32,000 nucleotides of DNA from Phycisphaera mikurensis NBRC 102666 (GCF_000284115.1 NC_017080.1:2700001-2732000); one strand, 5' to 3'. Shown: positions 16,906 through 25,477, numbered from the stretch's first letter. Numbers and translations are program-made. The notes: generated by a model from the sequence alone, not told the origin.

Positions 16906-18014
16906 GGCGCCAGCTCCGCGAGGCGCCGGCCGACGGCGGCGCGGATCTGGTCCGCGGCGCGGCGGTAGTCCTCGGCGTCCCCGCCGATCGGGTCGCTCAC
17001 GTCTGCGCCGGGATCGAGCCGGCTGGCCTTCGACGCCGCGTCGGGGAAGCGCGACACGAGCAGGTCGAGGTGGTCGGCCGTCAGCGTGTAGATCACGTCG
17101 GCATCGACCACCGCCTGCGCCGTCAGCGCGTGGCTGCGGTGATCGGCCAGCCCGCCGCCGGCGCCGGCCGCCTCCGCGACGGCCTCGGGGCTGGCGGCGT
17201 ACCCGTCGACGGCGCTGACGCCCGCGGAGGACACGGTCACGCCCCCGCCGCCATCGGCGACCGCCTGCCGGGCGAACGCTTCGGCCATGGGCGAGCGGCA
17301 GGTGTTGCCGGTGCAGACGAACAGGATGTGGAGTCGGTTGAGGCGTTCCACGATGCGCGGAGCATAAACCCCGGCCCGGAGCACGCTCGCCCGCAGGCGG
17401 CCGCGGCTCCCGTCCGCCCGCTTCGGCCGGAACAGCCGCACCGCCGTGGACCCGCGGCCGAAGCGGGCGGGGCCGCCGAGCACCACCAGGTCGGCCCCGA
17501 CCGGTGGCCGCTCCCGCGGATCGACCACCTGCCGGCCGGCCGCGTCCACGGCAGGCAGCGCCACCACCGGCCCGCCCGCCGCGGCGACCGCCCGCCGCGT
17601 GACCCGCGGTTCGGGGCACCGCACCGCCACGCGGCCGCCGCGGGCGAACACGCCCCGGGCGGCCTCATCGGGCGCCCGCGACGCCAGCGACGCCGCGTCC
17701 GCGTCGAGCGTGACCGCGTACGCCCCGGGCATCGCCCGCCGCAGGAAGCGGCCGACCGCCGGGTCGGCGGGCGCAAGCGACGCCGCCGCCGCCGCGTCGG
17801 GCACCTGCAGGGCGAGCGCCTGCCCGTCGACCAGCCCACGCTCCCGCCGCACCCGGGCCACGGCGTCGGGCCGATCGGCCCGGAGAAAGAGCCCGTAGAC
17901 GGTTTCGGTCGGCAGGACCACCGCCTCCCCGCGATCGAGCGCAGCGGCCGCGACCGCCGGAGCGTCCGAGCGGTCGGCTTCGATCTCGGCGGTTGGGGTC
18001 AGGGCGGCTTCCAC
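16902..18014 (-). CDS. Fusion: YrdC/Sua5/TsaC-like domain (N-terminal) + low-molecular-weight phosphatase of YwlE type (C-terminal)
   Basis: 370 aa; AVVLPTETVYGLFLRADRPDAVARVRRERG...GADLVVLGGPARFGRGSTAVRLF...VLRAG, then HILFVCTGNTCRSPMAEAFARQA...ADVIYTLTADHLDLLVSRFP...DVSDPIGGDAEDYRRAADQIRAAV. Confidence 0.88.
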   Translation of the reverse strand: MEAALTPTAEIEADRSDAPAVAAAALDRGEAVVLPTETVYGLFLRADRPDAVARVRRERGLVDGQALALQVPDAAAAASLAPADPAVGRFLRRAMPGAYAVTLDADAASLASRAPDEAARGVFARGGRVAVRCPEPRVTRRAVAAAGGPVVALPAVDAAGRQVVDPRERPPVGADLVVLGGPARFGRGSTAVRLFRPKRADGSRGRLRASVLRAGVYAPRIVERLNRLHILFVCTGNTCRSPMAEAFARQAVADGGGGVTVSSAGVSAVDGYAASPEAVAEAAGAGGGLADHRSHALTAQAVVDADVIYTLTADHLDLLVSRFPDAASKASRLDPGADVSDPIGGDAEDYRRAADQIRAAVGRRLAELAP

Positions 18015-18135
18015 GGAGGGCAGGCTAGGTCGCGCCCGGAAGCGCCCGCCGCCACGGCGGTTGCGGGGCGCTGGCCGACGCGCGGCCGGCTCCCGGAGCG
18101 GCAGGCCCGGGCCCCGGCCCCGTCGTCGGGCCGGG

Positions 18136-19248
18136 TCAATCCCGCAGCACGACGACGTCCGCCGGATCGACCCAGCCCGTCAGCGGTGCCGCCTCCGCGT
18201 CGACGACGAACCGGGGGTTCATCTCCAACGCGGTGAGCGTGAGCCCCCCGCCGCCCCCGTCGTCGCCGCCGGCCGTGGCCCGCACCGTGTGCTGCGCGAC
18301 CTCGCCGAGGTAGACGCCGCCGGCTCGCTTCAGGCGGAGGCGGTTCTCGCCGGGCAGACGCTTCTCCGCGTCCGAGCCCGGCTCGGCCAGGACGACGGCT
18401 TCGGGACGGATCGAGCACGTGACCGAGCCGGATGCCGGCAGCCGCTCGGGGAAGACCGCCGAGGCCAGCCGCCCCGCCGCCGTCTGCAGCAGCACGCGGC
18501 CGCCGTCGCGTCCGACCACCTCCGCCGCCACGAGGTTCGTCTCCCCGAGGAAGCCCGCGACGAAGCGGTTCTTCGGCCGCTCGTAGAGCTCACGCGGCGG
18601 GCCGACCTGCTCCAGCTTGCCGCCGTTGAGCACGGCGACGCGGTCGGCCATCGACAGCGCCTCCTTCTGGTCGTGGGTCACGTACACGCCCGTGGTGCCG
18701 GCGGCCTTGGTGATGTCGCGGATGCCCTGCCGCATCTCCAGCCGCAGCTTCGCGTCGAGGTTCGAAAGCGGCTCGTCGAGCAGCAGGACGCGCGGCTCGA
18801 TCACCAGCGCCCGGGCCAGCGCCACCCGCTGCTGCTGCCCGCCGGAGAGCTGGTTCGTTTTGCGGTCCGCCTGGTGCCCCAGCTGCACACGCTCCAGCGC
18901 CGCGTCCACGCGCTTCCGCGTCTCCGCCTTCGAGACCTTGCGGACCTCCAGCCCGAAGGCCACGTTCTGCCGCACCGTCATGTGCGGCCAGAGGGCGTAG
19001 CCCTGGAAGACCATCCCGGTGTCGCGCTTCTGCGGCGCGACGTGGGTGACGTCGTCGCCGCCGAAGAGGATGCGGCCGGCGGTGGGCTCCTGGAAGCCGG
19101 CGATCATCCGCAGCAGCGTCGTCTTCCCGCAGCCCGACGGCCCGAGCAGGAAGAAGAGGTCGCCCGCGGGGATGTCGATCGAGACATCGTCCACCGCGAC
19201 CGTCTCGCCGAACTGCTTGCGGAGGGTGTCCAGTCGGATCGGCGTCAT
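18136..19248 (-). CDS. ABC transporter ATP-binding protein (MalK/PotA/FbpC-like, with C-terminal TOBE-like domain)
   Basis: 370 aa; LLGPSGCGKTTLLRMIAG, MVFQGYALWPHMTVRQNVAFGL, LSGGQQQRVALARAL, VYVTHDQKEALSMADRVAVLNGGKLEQVGPPRELYERP. Confidence 0.92.
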   Translation of the reverse strand: MTPIRLDTLRKQFGETVAVDDVSIDIPAGDLFFLLGPSGCGKTTLLRMIAGFQEPTAGRILFGGDDVTHVAPQKRDTGMVFQGYALWPHMTVRQNVAFGLEVRKVSKAETRKRVDAALERVQLGHQADRKTNQLSGGQQQRVALARALVIEPRVLLLDEPLSNLDAKLRLEMRQGIRDITKAAGTTGVYVTHDQKEALSMADRVAVLNGGKLEQVGPPRELYERPKNRFVAGFLGETNLVAAEVVGRDGGRVLLQTAAGRLASAVFPERLPASGSVTCSIRPEAVVLAEPGSDAEKRLPGENRLRLKRAGGVYLGEVAQHTVRATAGGDDGGGGGLTLTALEMNPRFVVDAEAAPLTGWVDPADVVVLRD

Positions 19249-19406
19249 GACGAGAACCTTAAAGGACCACGCGCGAGCGCAGCGCTTGTGGGCGACGGGC
19301 CGCGCGCACCGCCGCCCGAGCCGCAGCCACCGGCTCGGCTCCGGCCGCCTCCGGGTGGCTCCCCCGCGTCGTGATCGGGGGGCCGAGGCGGGAGCGGCGC
19401 GGGCGG

Positions 19407-20636
19407 TCAGTGGATGAACTTCTTGCTCTTCTTCCCGGTCAGGTAGCTCTCCACCACCGTCGAGGCGAGGTCCTCGCTGGTGCAGTAAAAGGCCGTCCCG
19501 CGCGTGAGCCTGGTCAGCTTCTCGATGAAGCCGACCCAGTCCATGCCCCAGTAGTCCTCCATCAACGCGAAGCTCGCGATGCGGATGCCGCGCTGCTGGC
19601 AGCGGAGCGCCTCCCGCAGCGTCAGCTCCGAAGACTCGTCGCTCGGCGGGTAGACGAGGTAGAGCATGTCCTCGCGGGTCGCCGGATGGGTGGTGACGTG
19701 CGCCGTCGGCTGGCCGTCGGTCACGATGAAGATCTGCTTGTTGGCCGCCCCGCTCCGCGAGAGGATCTGCCGGGCCTGCCGAAGCCCCAGCTGCAGGTTC
19801 GTGAAGTGCAGCGGGATCTTCTCCTGGTTCGCGTACGCCTGCTCCAGCGGGATCCGCAGGCGGACCTGGCTGTCGCGGATGCTCACCGGCTTGGGCATGA
19901 CCAGCGGCAGGTCCCGCTCGTGCAGCGTCTCCGCCAGCGAGGAGAAGCCGACGAACTGGAGGGTGTCCAGCGGGAAGCGGCCGCGGATCAGCTCGCTCAT
20001 GCCCAGCGCGACCCGCTTCGCCTGCAGGAAGCGGCCGTAGCGCATCATCGAGCCCGAGAGGTCGATCAGCATGACCGTGGCGCAGTCCGCCGAGCCCTCG
20101 GTGTTGTGGAGCTGGAAGTCCTCGGGCGTGATGCCGATCGGCAGGCGGAGCCCGCGGGGAACCTCCACCCCCGCCTCCCGGGCCTCCTCCACCGCACGGT
20201 GCACCTGCCGCCGGGCGGCGTTCTGCAGCGAGCCGGGCAGGTCCAGCTCGCCGATCGGATCGCCGAACCGGTACGGCCGGGTCCCGTCGCTGCGCTCGCT
20301 GGTGCGGCCCGGCTCGCGGGTGCTGTGGCCTTCCTTGGCGCCCTGCTTCATCTCGGCGAACACCTCGAGCAGCGCCCGGTGCTGGAGCCCCCGGAGCAGC
20401 CGCGGCGACATCTTCAGGCGCCGGTTGCCGTCTTCATCGGTGCTCTCCTCCAGCAGGCCGGCGTCGATGAGCTGCTGGATGAACGCCTGCTCCTCCTCGT
20501 CCTCGAGGTTCGCCATCGCGTCCATCGCCTGCTCGCCGTACTGCAGGATGAAGTTCATGAGGTTCGGCGGGGCGAACAGCTCGTCGGGGGAGAGGAAGCC
20601 CTGATCGCCAGAAAACTCGGAGTAATCGAACCTCAT
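19407..20636 (-). CDS. von Willebrand factor type A (VWA) domain protein
   Basis: Probable ATG start at 20636 (MRFDYSEFSGDQGFLSPDEL); MIDAS motif VMLIDLSGSMMRYGRFLQAKRVALGMSELIRGRFPLDTLQFVGFS, IFIVTDGQPTAH. Confidence 0.88.
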   Translation of the reverse strand: MRFDYSEFSGDQGFLSPDELFAPPNLMNFILQYGEQAMDAMANLEDEEEQAFIQQLIDAGLLEESTDEDGNRRLKMSPRLLRGLQHRALLEVFAEMKQGAKEGHSTREPGRTSERSDGTRPYRFGDPIGELDLPGSLQNAARRQVHRAVEEAREAGVEVPRGLRLPIGITPEDFQLHNTEGSADCATVMLIDLSGSMMRYGRFLQAKRVALGMSELIRGRFPLDTLQFVGFSSLAETLHERDLPLVMPKPVSIRDSQVRLRIPLEQAYANQEKIPLHFTNLQLGLRQARQILSRSGAANKQIFIVTDGQPTAHVTTHPATREDMLYLVYPPSDESSELTLREALRCQQRGIRIASFALMEDYWGMDWVGFIEKLTRLTRGTAFYCTSEDLASTVVESYLTGKKSKKFIH

Positions 20637-20871
20637 GAGCGACGTTAGCGCCGCGGTGAGGCGCACCGGGAGGGGCTCCGCACCCAGCGAAGGGCCTGCG
20701 ACGCGACGCCGCCGCGTGCGGCGGCGGGCCCGCCCGTGCCGCGGACCGCGGGCCCATCGGCGTGATCGCGCGGACGGTCCGCGGCGAACCCGGGGAGGCT
20801 CGGCGGGGTTGGTCGATCGGCTTCAGGCGTTTAGGCTCGGTCAGATTCCCCACTCGTACGCCGGCTCCTCC

Positions 20872-21753
20872 ATGCACCACCGCCCGCTCGCCCGCCGGAC
20901 GGCCCTCGGATTCACGCTCGTGGAGCTGCTGGTCGTCATCGCCGTGATCGCCCTGCTCGTCGGGATCCTCCTGCCGGTGCTCGGCGCCGCCCGGACGGCG
21001 GCGAAGACGGCGGCCTGCATGGCCAACATGCGGTCGCTCGGGCAGGCGACCGTCGCCTACACGCAGGACCACGCGCTGACGTACCCGCAGCCGTTCCAGG
21101 AGGGCCAGCTCGGCGCCGCCGGCGGTCTTTCCGCGGACCGGGTCAGGGGCCGGGCCCTCTGGTACAACGCGCTGGACCGCTACCTCGGGCAGGTCGTGAA
21201 GGATTATTCCTCGGCCGATCCGGCCGCCCGGAACCACGACGCGTACAAGCAGGACCCGGTCTGGTTCGAGCTGCCGGCGGCGGTGAAGTCCGGAGCGACC
21301 ACGGTGCTCCTGCAGCCCGAGGAGGTCCGCACGATCAAGATGAACCAGTACTTCGGCGAGATCGGTGGCTCCGCCACCGCGGCGGGGGCGGTGAACTTCG
21401 TGCGGATGACGCGGGTGCCCGAGCCCGCGCGGACCGTGCTCTACGGCGACGGGCGGGCCCACGACACCCCCTCCACCACCTCCGGGAACGTCGACACCGG
21501 CGGATCCGGCCGCTTCGACTTCAACCCCGCGACGATCGGCCTCCGCCACGGCGGAGGCGCCAACCTGGCCTTCGCCGACGGCGGCGCGGCGTACCAGGAG
21601 AACCCGGTCCGCGTCACCGCCACGGGCTACCGCGGCTGGTTCGACCCTTACGCCAGCGGCGTCACCCCCGGGCAGTACCCCGACGCGATCTTCCGGTTCG
21701 AGCCCGATCGCACCGGCCAGGACCGCATCCGCGCCCGCGGCGGCAACCGCTGA
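20872..21753 (+). CDS. Prepilin-type N-terminal methylation signal protein with C-terminal H-X9-DG motif
   Basis: MHHRPLARRTALGFTLVELLVVIAVIALLVGILLPVLGAARTAAKTAACMANMRSLGQA...RHGGGANLAFADG (H, nine residues, DG). Confidence 0.88.
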   Translation: MHHRPLARRTALGFTLVELLVVIAVIALLVGILLPVLGAARTAAKTAACMANMRSLGQATVAYTQDHALTYPQPFQEGQLGAAGGLSADRVRGRALWYNALDRYLGQVVKDYSSADPAARNHDAYKQDPVWFELPAAVKSGATTVLLQPEEVRTIKMNQYFGEIGGSATAAGAVNFVRMTRVPEPARTVLYGDGRAHDTPSTTSGNVDTGGSGRFDFNPATIGLRHGGGANLAFADGGAAYQENPVRVTATGYRGWFDPYASGVTPGQYPDAIFRFEPDRTGQDRIRARGGNR

Positions 21754-21762
21754 TCCGGGGGC

Positions 21763-22983
21763 TCAACGCCCCGCCGCTTCGACCGCGTCGCAGAACGCGG
21801 CGCACATCCGCTCGCGGGTGAAGCGCTCCGCCTCGCGAGCGGCGGCGGCCGACTTCTCCGCGAGCTCGGCGCGGCCCGCGGGCGTCAGGAGCCGGCGGAA
21901 CAGCGCCTCGGCCGCGTCCGCGTCGTCGTGGGCCACCGTCCAGCCCGCCCCGGCATCTGCGATCTCGGCGACGTGGCTGTCGGCGGGGGCCATCGCCAGC
22001 AACGGGCGGTGGACCTTCAGCACGCCGTACACCTTGCAGGGGTGGACGATCCCGCTCATGGCGCCGCCCATCGCGACGAGGTGGACGTCGGCGGCGGACA
22101 GCGAGTAGCGGATCTTCTCCAGCGGCTGGTAGGGCAGCGTCACGACGCTGGCCAGCCCCCGTTCCGCGGCCCGGTCGCGGATCTTCTGCCAGCCTCCGCC
22201 GGCCCCGATGAAGACGAAGCGGAGGCCGTCGGCGTCCCGCACCCGCTCGGCCGCCTCGAGCACCGCGTCGATGGGATGGGCATCGGAGATGTTGCCCGAG
22301 TACATGACGACCGTCTTCCCGTCGAGCCCGTGCTCCGCCCGGAAGGGGTTCTCCGCGTGCGGCACCGGGTCGAGGTGGGCGTCCATCGGCCACGGCGGCT
22401 GCACGTGCAGGCGCTCCTGCAGCGCCGCGTCGGGCACCTTCGCGGCGAGCCGCTCCGCCATGAAACGGTCGAGCGTGCAGACGCGGGCGGCGTGCTTCAG
22501 CGTGGCGCGGATCATCGACTCGAAGAGCCACGCCGGGGTGGAGTCCGCGGCGCACTTGCCCATCGCGACCATCTGATCGGGGTTGATGTCCATCGCCCAG
22601 AACACGTACGGCGTGCGGCGGCACGCACGCAGCGCGAGCGCGGCCAGCGGGGCCATCGGCGGCGACGTCGACACCAGCGTCACGTCGAAGCGCCGGCCGC
22701 CGAGCACCCGCAGCGCCGCCTGCGCCGTGAACGAGCAGCCGCCGAGCAGCCGCACCGCCATCGAGCCCTTGCCGAAGGAAGAGAAGCCCAGCCGGCGCAC
22801 CCGCACCCCGTCCAGCGTCTCCCGCTTGGGGTAGGTCTGCGAAGAGTCTTCGTAGGACTTCGACGCCGCCACCGCGACGACGTCGTGCCCCCGCCTCGCC
22901 AGCTCCACCGCGGCGTCGTGCATGTACTGCCCGACGGCGGGCGCGTCGGGGACGTACGTCTGGGAGAGGATCAAGATTCGCAT
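21763..22983 (-). CDS. Glycosyltransferase family 4, WcaI-like
   Basis: 406 aa; MRILILSQTYVPDAPAVGQYMHDAAVELARRGHDVVAVAASKSYEDSSQTYPKRETLDGVRVRRLGF...VMYSGNISDAHPIDAVLEAAERV...GIVHPCKVYGVLKVHRPLLAMAP. Confidence 0.87.
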   Translation of the reverse strand: MRILILSQTYVPDAPAVGQYMHDAAVELARRGHDVVAVAASKSYEDSSQTYPKRETLDGVRVRRLGFSSFGKGSMAVRLLGGCSFTAQAALRVLGGRRFDVTLVSTSPPMAPLAALALRACRRTPYVFWAMDINPDQMVAMGKCAADSTPAWLFESMIRATLKHAARVCTLDRFMAERLAAKVPDAALQERLHVQPPWPMDAHLDPVPHAENPFRAEHGLDGKTVVMYSGNISDAHPIDAVLEAAERVRDADGLRFVFIGAGGGWQKIRDRAAERGLASVVTLPYQPLEKIRYSLSAADVHLVAMGGAMSGIVHPCKVYGVLKVHRPLLAMAPADSHVAEIADAGAGWTVAHDDADAAEALFRRLLTPAGRAELAEKSAAAAREAERFTRERMCAAFCDAVEAAGR

Positions 22984-23026
22984 GAGAACGTCGCACCGGC
23001 TCGATCGACCGTGGCCGCGTCAGGTG

Positions 23027-23394
23027 GTGAAGGGGGAGCGAGGACAAGCCAGCAAGCAACCCGATCCGCAAGAGCCGCGGGCACCCGCCGCGGAGGCATC
23101 CCCCTCACCTCCCCGCTGCTTCACTTCCTCGCTCCCCCACTTCTTCGCTTCCTCGCATCTTCGCTTCTTCAATCCTTCGCTTCTTCGCTTCCTCACTTCC
23201 TCGCTTCTTCACTTCTTCGCTTCTTCGCTTCTTCGCTTCCCCGCTTCTTCGCTTCCCCGCTTCCCCGCTTCCTCACTTCTTCGCTTCCTCACTTCCTCGC
23301 TTCTTCACTTCTTCGCTTCTTCGCTTCCCCGCTTCCCCGCTTCCTCACTTCTTCGCTTCCTCACTTCTTCGCTTCCCCGCTTCCCCACTCCCCC
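23027..23394. repeat. Modular palindromic element, copy C, with expanded 8-bp satellite array (about 34 units at 23123-23394)
   Basis: 13-bp perfect inverted repeat GGGGGAGCGAGGA (23032-23044) / TCCTCGCTCCCCC (23126-23138), inner CCGCGG (23075-23080 and 23088-23093), then 34 consecutive in-phase units of approximately RCTTCYYC. Confidence 0.9.
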
Positions 23395-24415
23395 TCCGCT
23401 CCCCCGCCAGCCGCGCCAGCACCACCACCTCCCGCTTCACATCCGCCAGCGGCTTCGCCGGCATGCCGCCCCAGCGTTCCCCGGCGGGCACGTCTTTCAT
23501 CACCTTCGAGCCCGCGGCGATCTTGGCGTGATCGCCGACGCGGAGGTGATTGGCCACGCCCGCCTGGCCGCCGATGGAAACGTAGTCGCCGGTGGTGACG
23601 CTGCCGGCGAGGCCGACGTCGGCGACCAGCAGGTTGTGCTTGCCGATCTTGCAGCCGTGACCGATGACCACGTTGTTGCTGGCCTTGGTGCCCTCGCCGA
23701 TGACGGTGTCGCTGAGCTGCCCCCGGTCGACGCTGCAGTTGGCACCCAGCTCGACGTCGTCGCCGATGACGACGCTGCCGATGTGCGGGATCGCGTGGTG
23801 GCGCAGCGGGGCCCGGTGGCCCTCGTACTCCTCCTTGGGATCCCTGGCCGTCGCGTAGCCGAATCCGTCCTGCCCGATGGAGGTGCCCGCGTGCAGGACC
23901 ACGCGCTTGCCGATGCGGCAGCGGGCGTAGACGTGCACGCCGGGGTAGAGCACGCAGTCGTCGCCGATCACGCTCTCCTTGCCGACGTAGACGCCGGGGT
24001 AGAGGATCACCCGGGCACCGATCTTCGCCCGCGGCGCCACGTAGGCGTGCGGCCGGATCGTGCACAGCGGCCCGACCTCGGCGGTGTCGTGCAGGTAGGC
24101 CTCCTCGTCGATGCCCACGCCGGGCTGCGGCCGGAACCCGTGCATCTTCATCACCGCGTTGCGGAACGCGAAGGCGACGTCGTCCACCACGATCGCGCAG
24201 CGGTCCGGGTGGCGATCGGCGAGCGCAGCGTCGAGGATGACGCAGCCGGCTCGGGTCGTTGCGAGCCGATCGTGGTACCGCGGCGCCGCGACGAAGGAGA
24301 GCTGATCCGGCTCCGCCTCGTCGAGCGCGGCGCACCCGGTGAGCACGGTCTCGCCCGACCCGCGGACCTCACCGGCGAGGTGGTCCGCCAGCTCCGCAAC
24401 GGTGGTTTCAGCCAT
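23345..24415 (-). CDS. lpxD: UDP-3-O-(3-hydroxymyristoyl)glucosamine N-acyltransferase; last ~17 codons and the stop are repeat-derived
   Basis: 356 aa; hexapeptide repeats RIGKRVVLHAGTSIGQDGFGYA, GSVVIGDDVELGANCSVDRG, GHGCKIGKHNLLVADVGLAGS, IGGQAGVANHLRVGDHAKIAAGSKVMKDVPAGERWGGMPAKP. Confidence 0.95.
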   Translation of the reverse strand: MAETTVAELADHLAGEVRGSGETVLTGCAALDEAEPDQLSFVAAPRYHDRLATTRAGCVILDAALADRHPDRCAIVVDDVAFAFRNAVMKMHGFRPQPGVGIDEEAYLHDTAEVGPLCTIRPHAYVAPRAKIGARVILYPGVYVGKESVIGDDCVLYPGVHVYARCRIGKRVVLHAGTSIGQDGFGYATARDPKEEYEGHRAPLRHHAIPHIGSVVIGDDVELGANCSVDRGQLSDTVIGEGTKASNNVVIGHGCKIGKHNLLVADVGLAGSVTTGDYVSIGGQAGVANHLRVGDHAKIAAGSKVMKDVPAGERWGGMPAKPLADVKREVVVLARLAGERRGSGEAGKRRSEEAKK

Positions 24416-24424
24416 CGGCGGAGC

Positions 24425-25477
24425 CTACCGGGCGGGCTGCGGATCGGCATCGGGGCAGGCCAGCCAGCGGTCCAGCGTTCGGGCCTGGCCCAGCGAGTCG
24501 GCGTGGCCCATCGCGCGGCCGGCGGCCTCGGTGCGGCCGGCGCGGATGGCGTCGCCGGCGGCGTCGATCTCGTGGGAGAGCAGCGCCCCGGCGTAGTCGA
24601 CGGTCACCGGCTCGGAATCCTTGCCGCGGCGGATCGCAAGGTGCGGGCCCTCCCGGCCGGGCTCGAAGTGCCAGGGCCAGCGGCCGCAGACGACCAGCGA
24701 GCCCTCGCCGCCGTGCACGCGGATCCACTGCGCGTGGGCGCGGAGCGTGCAGTAGACGCTCGCGGTCACGCCGTCGGCGAAGAGCAGCTCGGCGCCGGCC
24801 TCGACGTCCACGCCCGTGCCGCCGCGGCGGAGCCAGCCGCGGAGGCCCCCGGGGTCGCGGAAGCGTTCGCCCGCCGCGGCGCCCGCGATCGCTCGCGCCA
24901 TCGAGACCGCGTAGGTGCCCACGTCGAGGATCACCCCGCCGCCGAGGGCGGGCTCGAGCAGCCGGTGGCCGGGGTCGAGCGGGAGCATCGCCCCCCCGAA
25001 GGCGGTCTCGATGCGGAACACGCGGCCGACCGCCCCCGCCTCCACGCGGGCGAAGAGCTCATTGAACACCGGGTGCGGCCGGTCCTTGAACGCCTCCATG
25101 AAGAAGACGCCCGCTCCGCGGCAGGCCTCGATCATCGCGGCCGCCTCCTCCGCGGTCATCCCCGCGGGCTTCTCGACCATCACGTGCTTGCCCGCCGCGG
25201 CCGCCGCGAGCACGCTCTGGAGGTGGAAGGGGTGCGGGGTGGCGACGTAGACGCCTTCGACCGCGTCGGAGGCGATGAGGTCTTCGTAGGAGCCGAAGGA
25301 TGCCGCTGCGGGCGCGTGCTCGGCGGCGAAGGCCTCCGCTCTCTCTCGCGAGCGGCTGCCGACGGCGGCGACGACGCCGGTGCGGGAGTCGGCGGCGCCG
25401 GCGGCGAACTTCCGCGCGATGCCGCCGCAGCCGAGGATGCCCCAGCGGACGGGCTCGTCGATCGTGTCGTTGCTCAT
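24425..25477 (-). CDS. Gfo/Idh/MocA family NAD(P)-dependent oxidoreductase
   Basis: ATG at 25477 (MSNDTIDEPVRWGILGCGGIARKFAAG...); YVATPHPFHLQSVLAAAAAGKHVMVEKPAGMTAEEAAAMIEAC, FFMEAFKDRPHPVF. Confidence 0.93.
   Translation of the reverse strand: MSNDTIDEPVRWGILGCGGIARKFAAGAADSRTGVVAAVGSRSRERAEAFAAEHAPAAASFGSYEDLIASDAVEGVYVATPHPFHLQSVLAAAAAGKHVMVEKPAGMTAEEAAAMIEACRGAGVFFMEAFKDRPHPVFNELFARVEAGAVGRVFRIETAFGGAMLPLDPGHRLLEPALGGGVILDVGTYAVSMARAIAGAAAGERFRDPGGLRGWLRRGGTGVDVEAGAELLFADGVTASVYCTLRAHAQWIRVHGGEGSLVVCGRWPWHFEPGREGPHLAIRRGKDSEPVTVDYAGALLSHEIDAAGDAIRAGRTEAAGRAMGHADSLGQARTLDRWLACPDADPQPAR

Noticed and set aside
18061-20648. Two long plus-strand ORFs (437 aa and 425 aa)
   Set aside because: Antisense to the ABC ATPase and VWA genes; no domain motifs.
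23123-23394. CRISPR array
   Set aside because: The units are 8 bp and contiguous with no unique spacers, and there are no cas genes nearby.
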